A stretch of DNA of 64,000 nucleotides from Octopus sinensis (lineage: Eukaryota): positions 10,478,001 through 10,542,000 of the forward strand of contig NC_043024.1 of assembly GCF_006345805.1 (NCBI RefSeq). The letters are read 5' to 3'. A program made the position numbers and the translations under genes. The notes beneath the pieces were generated by a model. That model searched no databases. It saw nothing but the letters and a program-made list of their open reading frames with translations, and was not told the DNA's origin. Shown one piece after another: positions 48,993 through 61,751 of this stretch (position 1 is its first letter; the number at the start of each line of letters is the position of its first letter).

Positions 48993-50078
48993 CTCCCCTT
49001 CCCTCTCGCCGGTCGTCTCTTCCCTTCTCTCTCCCCTTCCCTCTCGCCGGTCGTCTCTTCCCTTCTCTCTCCCCTTCCCTCTCGCAGGTCGTCTCTTCCC
49101 TTCTCTCTCCCCTTCCCTCTCGCAGGTCGTCTCTTCCCTTCTCTCTCCACTTCCCTCTCGCCGGTCGTCTCTTCCCTCCTCTCTCCCCTTTCCTCTCGCC
49201 GGTCGTCTCTTCCCTCCTCTCTCGCCGGTCGTCTCTTCCTCCTCTCTCGCCGGTCGTCTCTTCCCTCCTCTCTCCCCTTTCCTCTCGCCGGTCGTCTCTT
49301 CCCTCCTCTCTCTCCCCTTCCTCTCGCCGGTCGTCTCTTCCCTCCTCTCTCCCCTTTCCTTTCCTCTCGCCGGTCGTCTCTTCCCTCCTCTCTCCCCTTT
49401 CCTCTCTCGCCGGTCGTCTCTTCCCTCCTCTCTCCTCCCCTTTCCTCTCGCCGGTCGTCTCTCTTCCCTCCTCTCTCCCCTTTCCTCTCGCCGGTCGTCT
49501 CTTCCCTCCTCTCCCCTTCCCTCTCGCCGGTCGTCTCTTCCCTCCTCTCTCCCCTTTCCTCTCGCCGGTCGTCTCTTCCCTCCTCTCTCCCCTTTCCTCT
49601 CGCCGGTCGTCTCTTCCCTCCTCTCTCCCCTTTCCTCTCGCCGGTCGTCTCTTCCCTCCTCTCTCCCCTTTCCTCTCGCCGGTCGTCTCTTCCCTTTTCT
49701 CTCCCCTTTCCTCTCGCAGGTCCTCTCTTCCCTCCTCTCTCCCTCCTCTCTCCCCTTCCTCTCGCAGGTCCTCTCTTCCCTCCTCTCTCCCCTTCCCTCT
49801 CGCAGGTCCTCTCTTCCCTCCTCTCTCCCCTTCCCTCTCGCAGGTTCTCTCTTCCCTCCTCTCTCCCCTTCCCTCTCGCAGGTCCTCTCTTCCCTCCTCT
49901 CTCCCCTTCCCTCTCGCAGGTCCTCTCTTCCCTCCTCTCTCCCCTTCCCTCTCGCAGGTCCTCTCTTCCCTCCTCTCTCCCCTTCCCTCTCGCAGGTCCT
50001 CTCTTCCCTCCTCTCTCCCCTTCCTCTCGCAGGTCCTCTCTTCCCTCCTCTCTCCCCTTCCTTCTCGCAGGTCGTCTC
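48993..50078. repeat. ~38-bp minisatellite (ctctcgc[c/a]ggtc[g/c]tctcttccctcctctctcccc(t)ttc)
   Basis: Roughly 29 units; explains the four long ORFs at 48745-50149. Confidence 0.97.
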
Positions 50079-51006
50079 ATGAAAGTATATGAACCTAAAT
50101 ATTCTTCATAATTTGGGCAGAAAGCGAGCAATTTTGAGTGGGGGGGCACAAGTCTATTCCATTAATTGAACTGGTCCTTTACTGACCCACTTGAGGATGA
50201 AAGGTCAAGTGGACCTCAGTGGAATTTGACCTCAGTATATAATGTGTTGGTAGAAATAAAAGCAATTTTCTGATCCTTCAATAATTCCAGCAGCTCCTCC
50301 CCTATTAAGGGTGTTAATAATGCAAAAGTTTAATACAACACTTAATCCTTTATTTATTCACATCTCGTGGCTTTGAGATTTCAGCGATGTGATTATTTTT
50401 AGAATAGGGTAGGGTAGGTGTGAGAGGCTGGATATGGCTGGTTTTGAACATAAATTAAGCCAGCCAAGTTTTTTTTTTTTCCAAACCAGCCACATCTGGC
50501 CTCTCATACCTAACCTACAATATTTTAAAAATATATAAAAAATCTCTACAAAATCTCAGAGCTATAGGATAAAGCATGATTAATTCAAAACAATGTGAAT
50601 AGATATTACATTTGATTTTGATAGTAATCTGAATTCTAAGAGGTTAAACTAAGCACTTCCTGACCAAATATCCTACTAGTTCTATGTTCAAACTGGCCAC
50701 ATCCGGCCCTCTCCGGCACTTTACATCATTCAAAGAATTGTCATATCATTGAAATCTCAAAAGCCATGAGATAATGCATAATTCAAAAGATTGTGAATAA
50801 ATAATTACATTTGATGGAGTAATTTGAATGCCAAGAGATTAAACCAGCCGTATTAAGCCCAAATATTGGATCAGTTTTGTTCAAACTAGCCAGATCTGGC
50901 CTCTTTTACCTAGCCTACAATGCCATTCTAAAAATAAACAATTACATCATTGAAATCTCAAAGCTACAAGATAATGCATGATTAATCCAAAACATTGTGA
51001 ATATAT

Positions 51007-51486
51007 AGGCGCAGGAGTGGCTGTGTGGTAAGTAGCTTGCTTACCAATCACATGGTTCCGGGTTCAGTCCCACTGCGTGGCACCTTGGGCATGTCTTCTA
51101 CTATAGCCTCAGGCCTACGAAAGCCTTGTGAGTGGATTTAGTAGACGGAAACTGAAAGACGCCTGTCATATATATGTATGTGTGTATATATACTCAGTTT
51201 TATCTTGGCTACCGAATAATTGTCACATATTATTTTACAGATATATATATATATATATATACATATATGTGTTTGTGTGTATTTGTCCCCCACCTCCAAC
51301 ATCACTTGACAACCGATGCTGGTGTGTTTACGTCCCTGTCACTTAGCGGTTAGGCAAAAGAGACCGATAGAATAAGTACTAGGCTTACGAAGAATAAGTC
51401 CTGGGATCGATTTGCTTGACGAAAGGTGGTGCTCCAGCATGGCCGCAGTCAAAATGACTGAAACAAGTAAAGGAGTAAAAGAGTAT
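51007..51486 (+). mobile_element. SINE type A, full-length
   Basis: Head through tail. Confidence 0.9.
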
Positions 51487-51554
51487 ATTAGCATTACATT
51501 TGACTAAGTAATCTGAAGACTGCTTGAGGGTTAAAATATTTGTTTTAAATTTAA

Positions 51555-52322
51555 CTAGCAGTATCGCCCGGTGTTGCTCGGGTTTGTAAGGGAAATAACT
51601 ATATAAGCATTTTTAGAGAGTTATAGCCAAAAAATAGCTAAAAAATGCATTAAAAATGGGAAAAAAATGATGGTAAATTTTTTTTTTAAATCGTTGACTC
51701 ATCATAGACATTTTTAGATAGTTACTTCCCTTATATAATAGCGAAAAATGCATTAAAATGGAAAAAAATGATGGTAAATTATTTTTAAAATCGTAGACTC
51801 ATCGTAGACGCGCGCTAATACCCAGAAGGGCTCGATATGAATCACGACTATAAGATACCCGGTTTTGGTTAAACTGTACCGCAAAATGTGGGAGTAGTTA
51901 GGAATCTAAATCGTAGGAGACAGACACACAACTTGACTTTTATATATAAAGACTAGCAGTATCGCCCGGCGTTGCTCGGGTTTGTAAGGGAAATAACTAT
52001 ATAAGCATTTTTAGAGATGTAAAGTATGATAGCCATCTCAATATGGCTAACCACAAAGGGGGGTGTTACTGTAGCTTATTACGTTCTGAGATTTAATAAT
52101 ACATTTTTAGAGAGTTACTTCCCTTATATAATAGCGAAAAAATGCATTAAAAATGGGAAAAAATTATGGTAAATTTGTTTTTTGATCATAGACTCATCGT
52201 AGACGCGCGCTAATACCCAGAAGGGCTCTATGAATCACGACTATACCGCAAAATGTGGGAGTAGTTAGGAATCTAAATCGTAGGAGACGGACAGCACACA
52301 ACCTCACTTTTATATATAAAGA
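51555..52322 (-). mobile_element. Two head-to-tail non-autonomous Helitrons
   Basis: On the minus strand each unit starts TC(TTTATATATAAAAG) and ends with hairpin CCCGAGCAAC(A/G)CCGGG plus CTAG. Host A|T junction at 52323/51554; internal junction CTAG|TC at 51953/51952. Confidence 0.85.
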
Positions 52323-52397
52323 TATCCACTTGTGTGTGTGTGTGTGTGTTAAATTTGTTTTAATAATCTAGTTTCCAGTCTGGGGAACACTACTCAC

Positions 52398-52427
52398 CCC
52401 CACTAGTTTCAATAAAGTGCAAATAAC
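52398..52427 (-). CDS. Unverified candidate 30-nt microexon
   Basis: Strong acceptor tttttttttgtttttttaaag| and donor GGG|GTGAGT. Open as VICTLLKLVG or xYLHFIETSG. Confidence 0.35.
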
Positions 52428-53869
52428 CTTTAAAAAAACAAAAAAAAAATTACTTTTCCACTTATTACTGATAAACCAGGTATTTGGCAATATTTTAATT
52501 TTATTTTTGAACATGTTATTTATATTTATTATACTTATTCTTTATTTTATTTTATCTGGCTGTGATTTCGGAAAATCTTATTACTTGAAGATTAAGATTA
52601 ACACCGATATATTCTTTGGTGAAAGAATGGTGAGATAAAATGCCGGGTGTTTTATAAGTATGGTTTAAAAAGAGATTATATCTGAGTTTTAATTAATTTT
52701 TTTTTAATGACGCATTAAATCTTTCTTCATTAGTGAAAAATAATTTAAGAATTTTATTTATTAGATTCTTTTAAAAAGGCGCCAGACTGGCTGTGTGGTA
52801 AGTAGCTTGCTTGCCAACCACATGGTTCCGGGTTCAGTCCCACTGTATGGCACCTTGGGCAAGTGTCTTTTACTGTAGCTTTGGCTGACCAAAGCCTTGT
52901 GAGTGGATTTGATTATGATCCCTCATAATATTTAAGGGGGTTAACAAAGCAACACCCTGCGTCCATGCAGAACTTGTCAACGAAGGGTTCTTGCTGATCT
53001 GTGTATATTCATGTTACTAAGCCCTTTGCTTCCTATAGATCACAACTCATTGATGGTTTATCTTTCATCCTTTCAGGGTTGATTAAATAAGTACCAGTTC
53101 CGCACTGGGGTCGATATAATCGACTTAATCCGTTTGTCTGTCTTTGTTTGTCCCCTCTCTGTTTAGCCCCTTGTGGGTAGTAAAGAAATATATATTGATT
53201 GGAAGTGCAAAAAAAAAAAAGTTTTCAAAACAGTCAATATTTTTGTAGTTCAAAAATTGCAATTTAGACATAAAATGTCCTAGAATTCGCCAGATCTAAT
53301 AATGACAAAATTTATCTACTAAATATTGTTAAACCCACCTCTGCAAATGCAATGTCCATAAGGAATTCACTTCAAATATAATGAACAACTGGCAGTGAGA
53401 CTGTTTTTAGCAGATCCCCCAAATGGGGCTCATGGCAGGCAATGGGTTAAAGACATGGAGTTCGTTGAGGCTGATTTAGCTACAATAATTAATTCGGCTG
53501 GTATGGTCCTTTCTAGTAAAGACAAGTATTTTTTAGATGGTAGTTTATTGGGTTGATCCATAGGAGCTCTAGGGTTAGTTTGAAAACAATGTTTAACCCT
53601 TTAAAACTGACCAAGTTTGGCCTCTCACACCTACCCTACAATGTTCATCTAAAAAATACTCACATCAAAATCTCAAAGCTATTAGATAATGCATAATTCA
53701 GATCAACACCAATAAATAAGCATTGCATTTGACAGAATTTAATGAAGGAGATGAAGTTTGTTGGGGTCTGAACATTTGATTCGTCTGGTATGGTCCCTTG
53801 TGTTATAGGCAAAGAGGGAGTTTTGTTAAATGGCTGTTTGGTTAGTTCAAAGAGATTTTCTATGGTCTA

Positions 53870-54430
53870 AGATGCCGGTGACACATAAAAAGCACCGTCT
53901 GAACATGGCAGATGCCAGCGCCACCTGACTGGCATCCGTGTCAGTGACACGTAAAAGCACCAACCGATTGTGGCCGTTTGCCAGCCTGCTATGGCCCCTG
54001 TGCCAGTGGCACGTAAAAAGCACCAACCGATCGTGGCCATTGCCAGACTCCCCTGGCATCTGAGCCGGTGGCACGTAAAAAGCACCAACCGATCGTGGCC
54101 ATTGCCAGACTCCCCTGGCATCTGAGCCAGTGGCACGTAAAAAGCACCAACCGATCGTGGCCATTGCCAGACTCCCCTGGCATCTGAGCCGGTGGCACGT
54201 AAAAAGCACCAACCGATCGTGGCCATTGCCAGACTCCCCTGGCATCTGAGCCGGTGGCACGTAAAAAGTACCCACTACACTCATGGAGTGGTTGGCGTTA
54301 GGAAGGGCATCCAGCCATAGAAACACTGCCAGATCAGGCAGGGACCTGGTGCAACCTCCTGGTTTCCCAGACCCCAGTCGAACCGTCCAACCCATGCTAG
54401 CATGGAAAACAGACATTAAACGATGATGAT
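53870..54430 (+). mobile_element. RTE-LINE 3' end with four near-identical 62-bp tandem units
   Basis: Units start at 54006, 54068, 54130 and 54192, with a fifth beginning at 54254. Confidence 0.9.
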
Positions 54431-54833
54431 GAAGAAGCCCTTTTTGTTTCTAAGCAAGGCAATATTCCCAATGGTCCAGACATGTTGCAGGATACTGGAA
54501 ATGGACGGCATTCTTTTATTACGATCACACGATGTCCAGATCAGACCCAAATGCATAATATATGGTAGGCTTCTCTCAGTTTCCATCTACCAAATCCACT
54601 TTGTTCGGCAAAAGTCTCTCGTAGAGGTATACCGAAGGCTTGCTGTGCAATGGTTGGTTCATGCGGATGACCTACTTCGTCTGCCCTTTTCCTCGTTACT
54701 AAAAAGATTTGTTGTACCCAAGTTAAGAAATAATTGCACCATGGAAATGTTTTAAATTTAATGTGGTTGTGTTGGTACTACTATTGTTGATTTAGCCCCA
54801 GGTTGGTGCTGATTGAGCTAGCTTTTGATTTAA

Positions 54834-55054
54834 CCCTTTCGTTACTGTATTTCTGTTGAGATGCTCTGTGTTTCTTTCAATTATTTAAAATATAACAAAG
54901 AATTTAGTAAAATAACTTGGTTATCATTAAGCTAGTGTTAGGAACAGAAATTGTGACTAAGGTTTGGTGGAAGACTTTAATTCAAACTTACGAAAACGAG
55001 ACATTTGTACTAACAGTACCTGATGCAGTTTCAGCCGGGTTGGTAACGAAAGGG
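54834..55054. mobile_element. piggyBac-type MITE
   Basis: TTAA|CCCTTTCGTTAC ... GTAACGAAAGGG|TTAA: perfect 12-bp TIRs with a TTAA duplication. Confidence 0.85.
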
Positions 55055-55069
55055 TTAAGACAACCCTAC

Positions 55070-55103
55070 CATGACATTCTTGTCTTATATTCAGACAGTG
55101 CAT
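55070..55103 (-). CDS. Unverified candidate 34-nt exon
   Basis: Acceptor aatttgttttttcag|, donor ATG|GTAGGG. Open as xALSEYKTRMS or MHCLNIRQECH. Confidence 0.2.
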
Positions 55104-55272
55104 CTGAAAAAAACAAATTTGCCCTTCATTGTTGAAGACGGTGTTGGTCTGATATTTCTAACAAGTTGAGTAACCACCTAGCCCTTTTCCTTGGTGCTTT
55201 GGTGGTCGTGGTTGGTAGGAGGATGGGACAAACTTAAATGCATTCCGTGTGTGTGTGCGTGCGCGCGTGTAT

Positions 55273-55571
55273 TATCACGTGATCACGTGACTGACCAGAC
55301 CATCAGATGTTGTTACACATCGTTGGTCACAATGCGCTTTGTATTGTTTTAGCCTTCGAATGACGCCACCCCGCTGGCTAAGCGAGCAGGCCAACAGGAG
55401 AAAGAGTGGGTGAAAGAGTACAGCAGGGATCGCCACCACCCCCTGCCGGAGCCTCGTGGAGCTTTAGGTGTTTTTGCTCAATAAACACTCACAACGCCCA
55501 GTCTGGGAATGGAAACCGCGATGCTACGACCGCGAGTCCGCTGCCCTAACCACTGGGCCATTGCGCCTCCA
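55273..55571 (-). mobile_element. SINE type D, full-length
   Basis: Matches 4662-4970. Confidence 0.9.
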
Positions 55572-56004
55572 CATATATATTATATATAATGATGTATGCA
55601 TGCACACACACAATTTAAAATTTCTTACATTCCTCTTTTGCGACCAGAAAGGAAGATCTAGGTGATTGGTGTTGGTGGTGGTGGTTGGCAGGTTTCAAAT
55701 TAAAGATTTAAGCGATAAAACAATAATAAATTATATAAACTGAAAAATATGGAAAGGTGGGGGGTTTGGGTGGGTGGGAATTGGGTGTGTAGTGGGTACA
55801 ATCTCCCCTCTGTTTATAATCTATGGAATCTGTGCTGTCAAAAAAGAAGCAAATACCAAAACTCCTGCCTAGTCTCATATTCTCTCTCACACTTTGCCTA
55901 TGATGTGAAAGGGAAGAGGCAGAGGTAGGAGAAATAGTGCAGGGTAATTTACTTACACATGTAACACACACCCTTACAAAATAGTTTACACACACATGCA
56001 TAGA

Positions 56005-56099
<95 letters not shown>

Positions 56100-57769
56100 C
56101 ACACACGCACGCATGCATGCATGTATGCATATACCACACGAGGATAAATTTCCTTTTGTGTGGGTGTAGGGATATATTTCTCTTAAAACTTAATGGATTA
56201 CATCAGTGAAAGCTGAGTGTTATAATTTTGTTGGAACAAATTACATATTCCTTTTTAGGACATTTTCTTAATTTAAAAAAAATAATAAAATACTTCAGTA
56301 TATGGTTTTAGGTTCAGTTCCACTGTATGGCATTTTTGGCAGATGCATTCTGTTTTAGCTCTGGGTCAGCTAAAACTATGCGAGTGGATTTGGTAGACAG
56401 AAACTGAACGGAGCTCTTTCGTATACTTTTATTGATCTTTAGCAGAAGTAACAGTGACTCAAGCTCTGACAGTTTTGTGTGCCAACACATGAAACTCGGC
56501 CCTTGAGCCACTCTGCTGCTTTGGCTAAAACTTAGTACACACACACACACGCTCTCTCTATCTCTCTCTCTCTCTCTGTCTATCTCTCTCTCTCTGTCTA
56601 TATCTCTCTCTCAATCTCTCTCTCTACCTCTCTCTCTCAGATTTTCAGTTCTCAGAGTTACTCGCTTCCGATCCCCAACTGGCAAACTGAGCCTGGTTTT
56701 CTTTCGGGCATCCACTGTCTCAATATTGCCTTTCAGCCTTGATTAACGTTCAGGGTTGATTAAATAAGTATCGGCGAGCTTCTTACCACCCTGCCTGTTT
56801 GTGTCTCCTCCTCTTCACACCATGGGATAATTGTAAACGAACTTCCTTCGAAGACCATGTCTGGCCATGGGCTGCATAGTTTTAATAGTGGGCCAGTATT
56901 ACCTATTTCTTTACTACCCACAAGGGGCTAGACACAGAGAGGACAAACAAAGATAAACGGATTGAGTTGATTATATCGACCCCAGTGCGTAACTGGTACT
57001 TATTTAATCAACCCCGAAAGGATGAAAGGCAAAGTTGACCTCAGCGGAATTTGAACTCAGAACGTAGCGACAGACGAAATACCGCTAAGCATTTCACGCG
57101 GCATGCTAACGATTCTACCAGCTTACCTTCATCATTAAGGTGGCGAACTGGCAGAATTGTTAGCACGCTGGGCAAAACGCTTAACGACATTTCATCCGTC
57201 CCTACTTTCTGAGTTCAAATTCCGCTCAGGCTGACTTTATCTTTTTATCCTTTCGAAGTAGATAAAATAAGTACCAGTTGAATACTGGGGTTGATATATA
57301 TATATATATACTTGCCGGCCTTGTACCAAAATTTGAAACCTATATTCCTGTTGAGTGGGGTGAGCTAGCGGAATCCTTCACTACATTGGACAAAATGCTG
57401 GGCAGGATTTCTTCCAGTCCTTTATCTGCTGAATCCAAATTCTGCCAAGACCAACTTTGCCTTTCATTCTTGCGGGGTTGATGAAATAAAGTACCGGGGC
57501 CAGTGTAATTGACTTCAAATCCTCCCCTCCAAAATTGCTGGCCTTGTGCCAAAATTAGGACTACCACCACCACTATCACTATTACTGCTGCCACCACCAC
57601 CACCACCACCACTACTACTGCCATTACCATCATTACCCTTACCACCACTACTAATTTTGCTAATGACTCATCATCTTTATTAGTACCATGTAAGGCAGTA
57701 TTGTAAGTGAGCCAGACAGAATGGTTGGTGGTATTTTCATCCATCAGAAAAGACAGCGAAATGCGAAGC

Positions 57770-58160
57770 CGTATTTCGTCTGCCATTACGTTCTGTGTTC
57801 AAATTCCGCTGAGGTCGACTTTGCCTTTCATCCTTTCAGGGTCGACTTTGCCTTTCATCCTTTCAGGGTCGATTAATTAAGTACCAGTTACGCACTGGGT
57901 CGATGTAATTGACTTGATCCGTTTGTCTGTCCTTGTTTGTCCCCTCTGTGTTTAGCCCCTTGTGGGTAGTAAAGAAATAGATATTTCGTCTGTCTTTACG
58001 TTGTGAGTTCAAATTCTGCCGAGGTCAACTTTGCCTTTCATTCTTTCAGGGTCGATAAATTAAGTACCAGTTACGCACTGGGGTGGATATAATCGACTTA
58101 ATCCGTTTATCCTTGTGTGTCGTCTGTGTTTAGCCCCTTGTGGGCAATAAAGAAATAGGC
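57770..58160 (+). mobile_element. Tandem array of SINE type B
   Basis: Junction aaagaaata|gatatttcgtc (~57980); also a local ~24-bp duplication of gtcgactttgcctttcatcctttcagg. Confidence 0.85.
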
Positions 58161-58304
58161 ATTTTCATCCATCTTTGTGTTCTGAGTTCAAATTCTGCCG
58201 AGGTCGACAAAGTAAAGTACCCGTTGAGCACTGGGGTCTGATGATATCAGACTTAGCTCTGTCCCCTAAAACTGCTGGCCTTGTACTGTAATTAGAAAGG
58301 AATA

Positions 58305-58336
<32 letters not shown>

Positions 58337-58699
58337 ACTACTGTTAATGGCTGACAATCATTAGTGCGACATACTACTGTAATTTCTGCCCCCCCCCCCC
58401 TTCTCGCTGACTTCACTTTGATGGCTTCTGTGGGGGTAGATTTAGAATATATAAGCTTTTCCTATCGGGTGTTGGGGGTGGTTGTTGACAGCTAGCAGGG
58501 TGGGGGTGGGGGTCTGGATGCTGCTGTCATTCGTTATGTCCGGGCTGAGACAATATAACGAGAAACGTTGACTTGTAATTAAAATAACTGTTTGATGACG
58601 GTGTTGGCGGCGGAGGCGGCGGCATGGATAGATATTCGTCCTCAACCCTTGGGAAAAAATATACTGCAAAACACAGCTCGCTCTCTCACACACACACAC

Positions 58700-58730
<31 letters not shown>

Positions 58731-59069
58731 GAGGCACACGCATGCACTTGTGTGTGTGTGTGGGGGGGTTGTGGTGCCAGCCCCTCAAAGAGTGAATTTG
58801 AGATGACCTTTTGGCAGTTTGGTGTCGATGAAAGATGAGTAAACAGAAGGAAATAGGGGGGAGTAGGGGAGAGAGAAAGAGAGTGAGAGAGAGGAATTTA
58901 GTTGTGAGAAAATGTGTACAAAAGAATTCCAACATTGAAAATAGCTTCCATGTTAAAAGGAATAATAATGACGATGATGATAAAAAAAATATTGAAACCC
59001 CTCATAAAAAAAAAATCCTGCATAATATCTAATATTTTTTTTATTTGGGGCTCTCTCTCTCTTTTACTC

Positions 59070-59446
59070 TTTTACTTGTTTCAGTCATTTGACTGCGGCC
59101 ATGCTGGAGCACCGCCTTTAATCGAGCAACTTTACCCCGAGACTTATTCTTTTTTGTAAGGCCAGTACTTATTCTATCGGTTCTCTTTTGCCGAACCGCT
59201 GAGTGACGGGAACGTAAACACACCAGCATCGGTTGTCAAATGATATTGGGGGGACTAACACAGACACACACATATACATACATATATATGATGGGCTTCT
59301 CTCAGTTTCCGTCTACCAAATCCACTCACAAGGCTTTGGTCGGCCCGAGGCTATAGTAGAAGACACTTGCCTAAAGTGCCACGCAGTGGAACTGAACCCG
59401 GAACCATGTGGTTGATAAGAAAGCTACTTACCACACAGCCGCTCCT
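59070..59446 (-). mobile_element. SINE type A, full-length
   Basis: Reverse complement of the family. Confidence 0.9.
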
Positions 59447-59698
59447 GCTCTGTGGACTTTTATTGGTTGTGGCGGAGGGCTTTTGTTTAACTGTTGTATG
59501 AACATGTAAAGGTCCTTTTTCATAAGGAATGGAATGTAGAGGATTACAACTAGACACACACATTATCATTTATTACATTACATTCAGTTTACCATGCCTT
59601 ATTTGATTCATTATCCATCTTTTCCTTCACGCCTCGGGTATACTGATGGCCCCTTTTTGTCATACGTCTGACAACTCTTTGCTTTCACTAACACTTAC

Positions 59699-59737
59699 GT
59701 AAGATCGAAGCAAAGATGAAAAGGGTCTTCAGCATAC
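59699..59737 (-). CDS. Unverified candidate 39-nt exon
   Basis: Pyrimidine tract with an atypical GAG| acceptor, donor TAC|GTAAGT. Reads MLKTLFIFASIL or YAEDPFHLCFDL. Confidence 0.25.
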
Positions 59738-59764
59738 CTCGAGATGTGAATGAAAAGGTGATGG

Positions 59765-60175
59765 ATCATCATCATCATTTGTCTGCTTTCCATGCTAGCA
59801 TGGGTTGGACGATTTGACTGTGGACTGGTGAACCAGATGGCTGCACCAGACTTCAATCTGATCTGGCAAAGTTTCTACAGCTGAATGCCCTTCCTAACGC
59901 CAACCACTCTGAGAGTATAATAGGTGCTTTTTACGTGCCACCGGCACAAAGGCCAGTCTGGTGGTACTGGCAACGGCCACGCTCGAAAATGGTGTTTTTT
60001 ACATGCCACCTGCACAGGAATCAGTCCAGCAGCACTGGCAACAACCTTGCTCGAATGTTTTGTTCACGTGCCAGTGAGGCGACGCTGACACTCAAATGGT
60101 GTTCTTTATGTGCCGGACAGCTGCTTTGGCAGTGATGCCGCTCGGATGGAGCTGTTAGTGCTCCACTGGCATGGG
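59765..60175 (-). mobile_element. RTE-LINE 3' end
   Basis: Family motifs in reverse orientation. Confidence 0.8.
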
Positions 60176-61139
60176 TGCTAGTCATTGAATTTGGTTCAAT
60201 TTCGATGGATAATGAAATGAATAATGTATTGCAAATTGAATGTAATAAATGGTGTGTGTGTTTAGTTGTAATCTTCTAGATGGCAAGGATGGAGGGCTAG
60301 GATTAAACTGGCAACATAGGGGTGAAATAAAATTGAACAGAAGCCTATTTGCTGACAAACACGAAAACACACACATAGTTGTCAAATTTAAAGAAAACAA
60401 ATGAATCTTAATGTTTTACTGTTGCAAATATGAGGAATTGAAGAAATGGAATCTGTTGGTTATTTGCAATGGCGGTGGGGGGTGTGCTGGCACGGTGGCA
60501 ACGTGGTGCTGATGTCTACTGATTTGAAGATTTTAAGGCAGCATCAGTTGGCAGTTTACCAGTTCTCTGCTGAGCAAAACAACAACTGAAAAAATTATTT
60601 GGATGCGTTCTGAAATATCTAACAAATGACTAATACCGTTATGAGATGGAAGAAATTGCAGCCAATATGTGCAGCTGCTTTGTAAAGAATTTGGTGCAAA
60701 TTCTTTGGTTGACATTGTATTTTCTCAAAGAATTTCAAAGAAAATATTTCTTGCTGATGTTTTTGTTTTTGTTTGAAGCAGTGGTCATGAATGGATTGGT
60801 GGGGGTGTTTTGGGTTGTAAAAAAAAAAAAAAAAAAAATCTTGCAAGTTGTTGCTAGGATGGATGACATGTTTGAATCATTTGGGTTGCTTTGTTTCTTC
60901 TTTTACTTCAGTCATTGGACTGCGGCCATTCTGGGGCATTGCTTTGAAGGGTTTTAGTCAGATCGACCCACTTATGCTTTCTTTATTTTTTCTTTGGTAA
61001 AACCCTATTTATTCTATTGGACATTTCTTCTGAATTTGCTAAGTTACAGGGACATAAATAAACCAACACCAACTATCAAGCAGTGAGGGTCGTGGTTGGA
61101 ATGCATACACACACAGTGGGCTTCCACACAGTTTACTCT

Positions 61140-61440
61140 TACTCTCTTTACTCTTTTACTTGTTTCAGTCATTTGACTGTGGCCATGCTGGAGCACCACC
61201 TTTAGTCGATCAAATCGACCCCGGGACTTATTCTTTGTAAGCCTAGTACTTATTCTATCGGTTTCTTTTGCCGAACCGCTAAGTGACAGGGACAAAAACA
61301 CACCAGCATCGGTTGTCAAGCGATGTTGGGGGGGACAAACACACATACATATATACAACGAGCTTCCTTCAGTTTCCGTCTACCAAATTCACTCACAAGG
61401 CTTGGGTCGGCCCGAGGCTATAGTAGAAGACACTTGCCCA
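61140..61440 (-). mobile_element. SINE type A, partial
   Basis: Tail (tctttta c)n and body. Confidence 0.85.
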
Positions 61441-61751
61441 AGGTGTCTTAACAAATCCACTCGCAAGGCATTGGTTGGCCCAGGGCTTTAGAAGATACAT
61501 TCCTAAGGTGCTGTGCACTGGGACAGAACCTGAAACCTCATGGTTGCAAAGCAAAGTACTTAACCACCCAGCCATTTCTTTTTTTTTTTTTTTTTTTTTT
61601 GTGTGGTTTGACTGACGTGGGTTGACTAAGTCTAACCACACCTAGCCATCATCTGTTGCAGTTCTTAGTCATCTGGCACACACCAACATTCATCTGACCA
61701 ACTTCTGTAGCTGCTATTTTTGTTTGTTTTTTTTTCTCATCTTTACTGCAG

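Noticed and set aside
48745-50149. Four ORFs of 369-445 aa
   Set aside because: They are translations of the 38-bp minisatellite; stop-free only because of base composition.
53400-53860. Exon-like DPPNGAHGRQW...|GTATGG
   Set aside because: The segment is present twice as diverged copies (~53450 and ~53750), which points to an old repeat.
54006-54270. CRISPR-like appearance of regular repeats
   Set aside because: No unique spacers, no cas genes, eukaryotic context; it lies inside an RTE tail.
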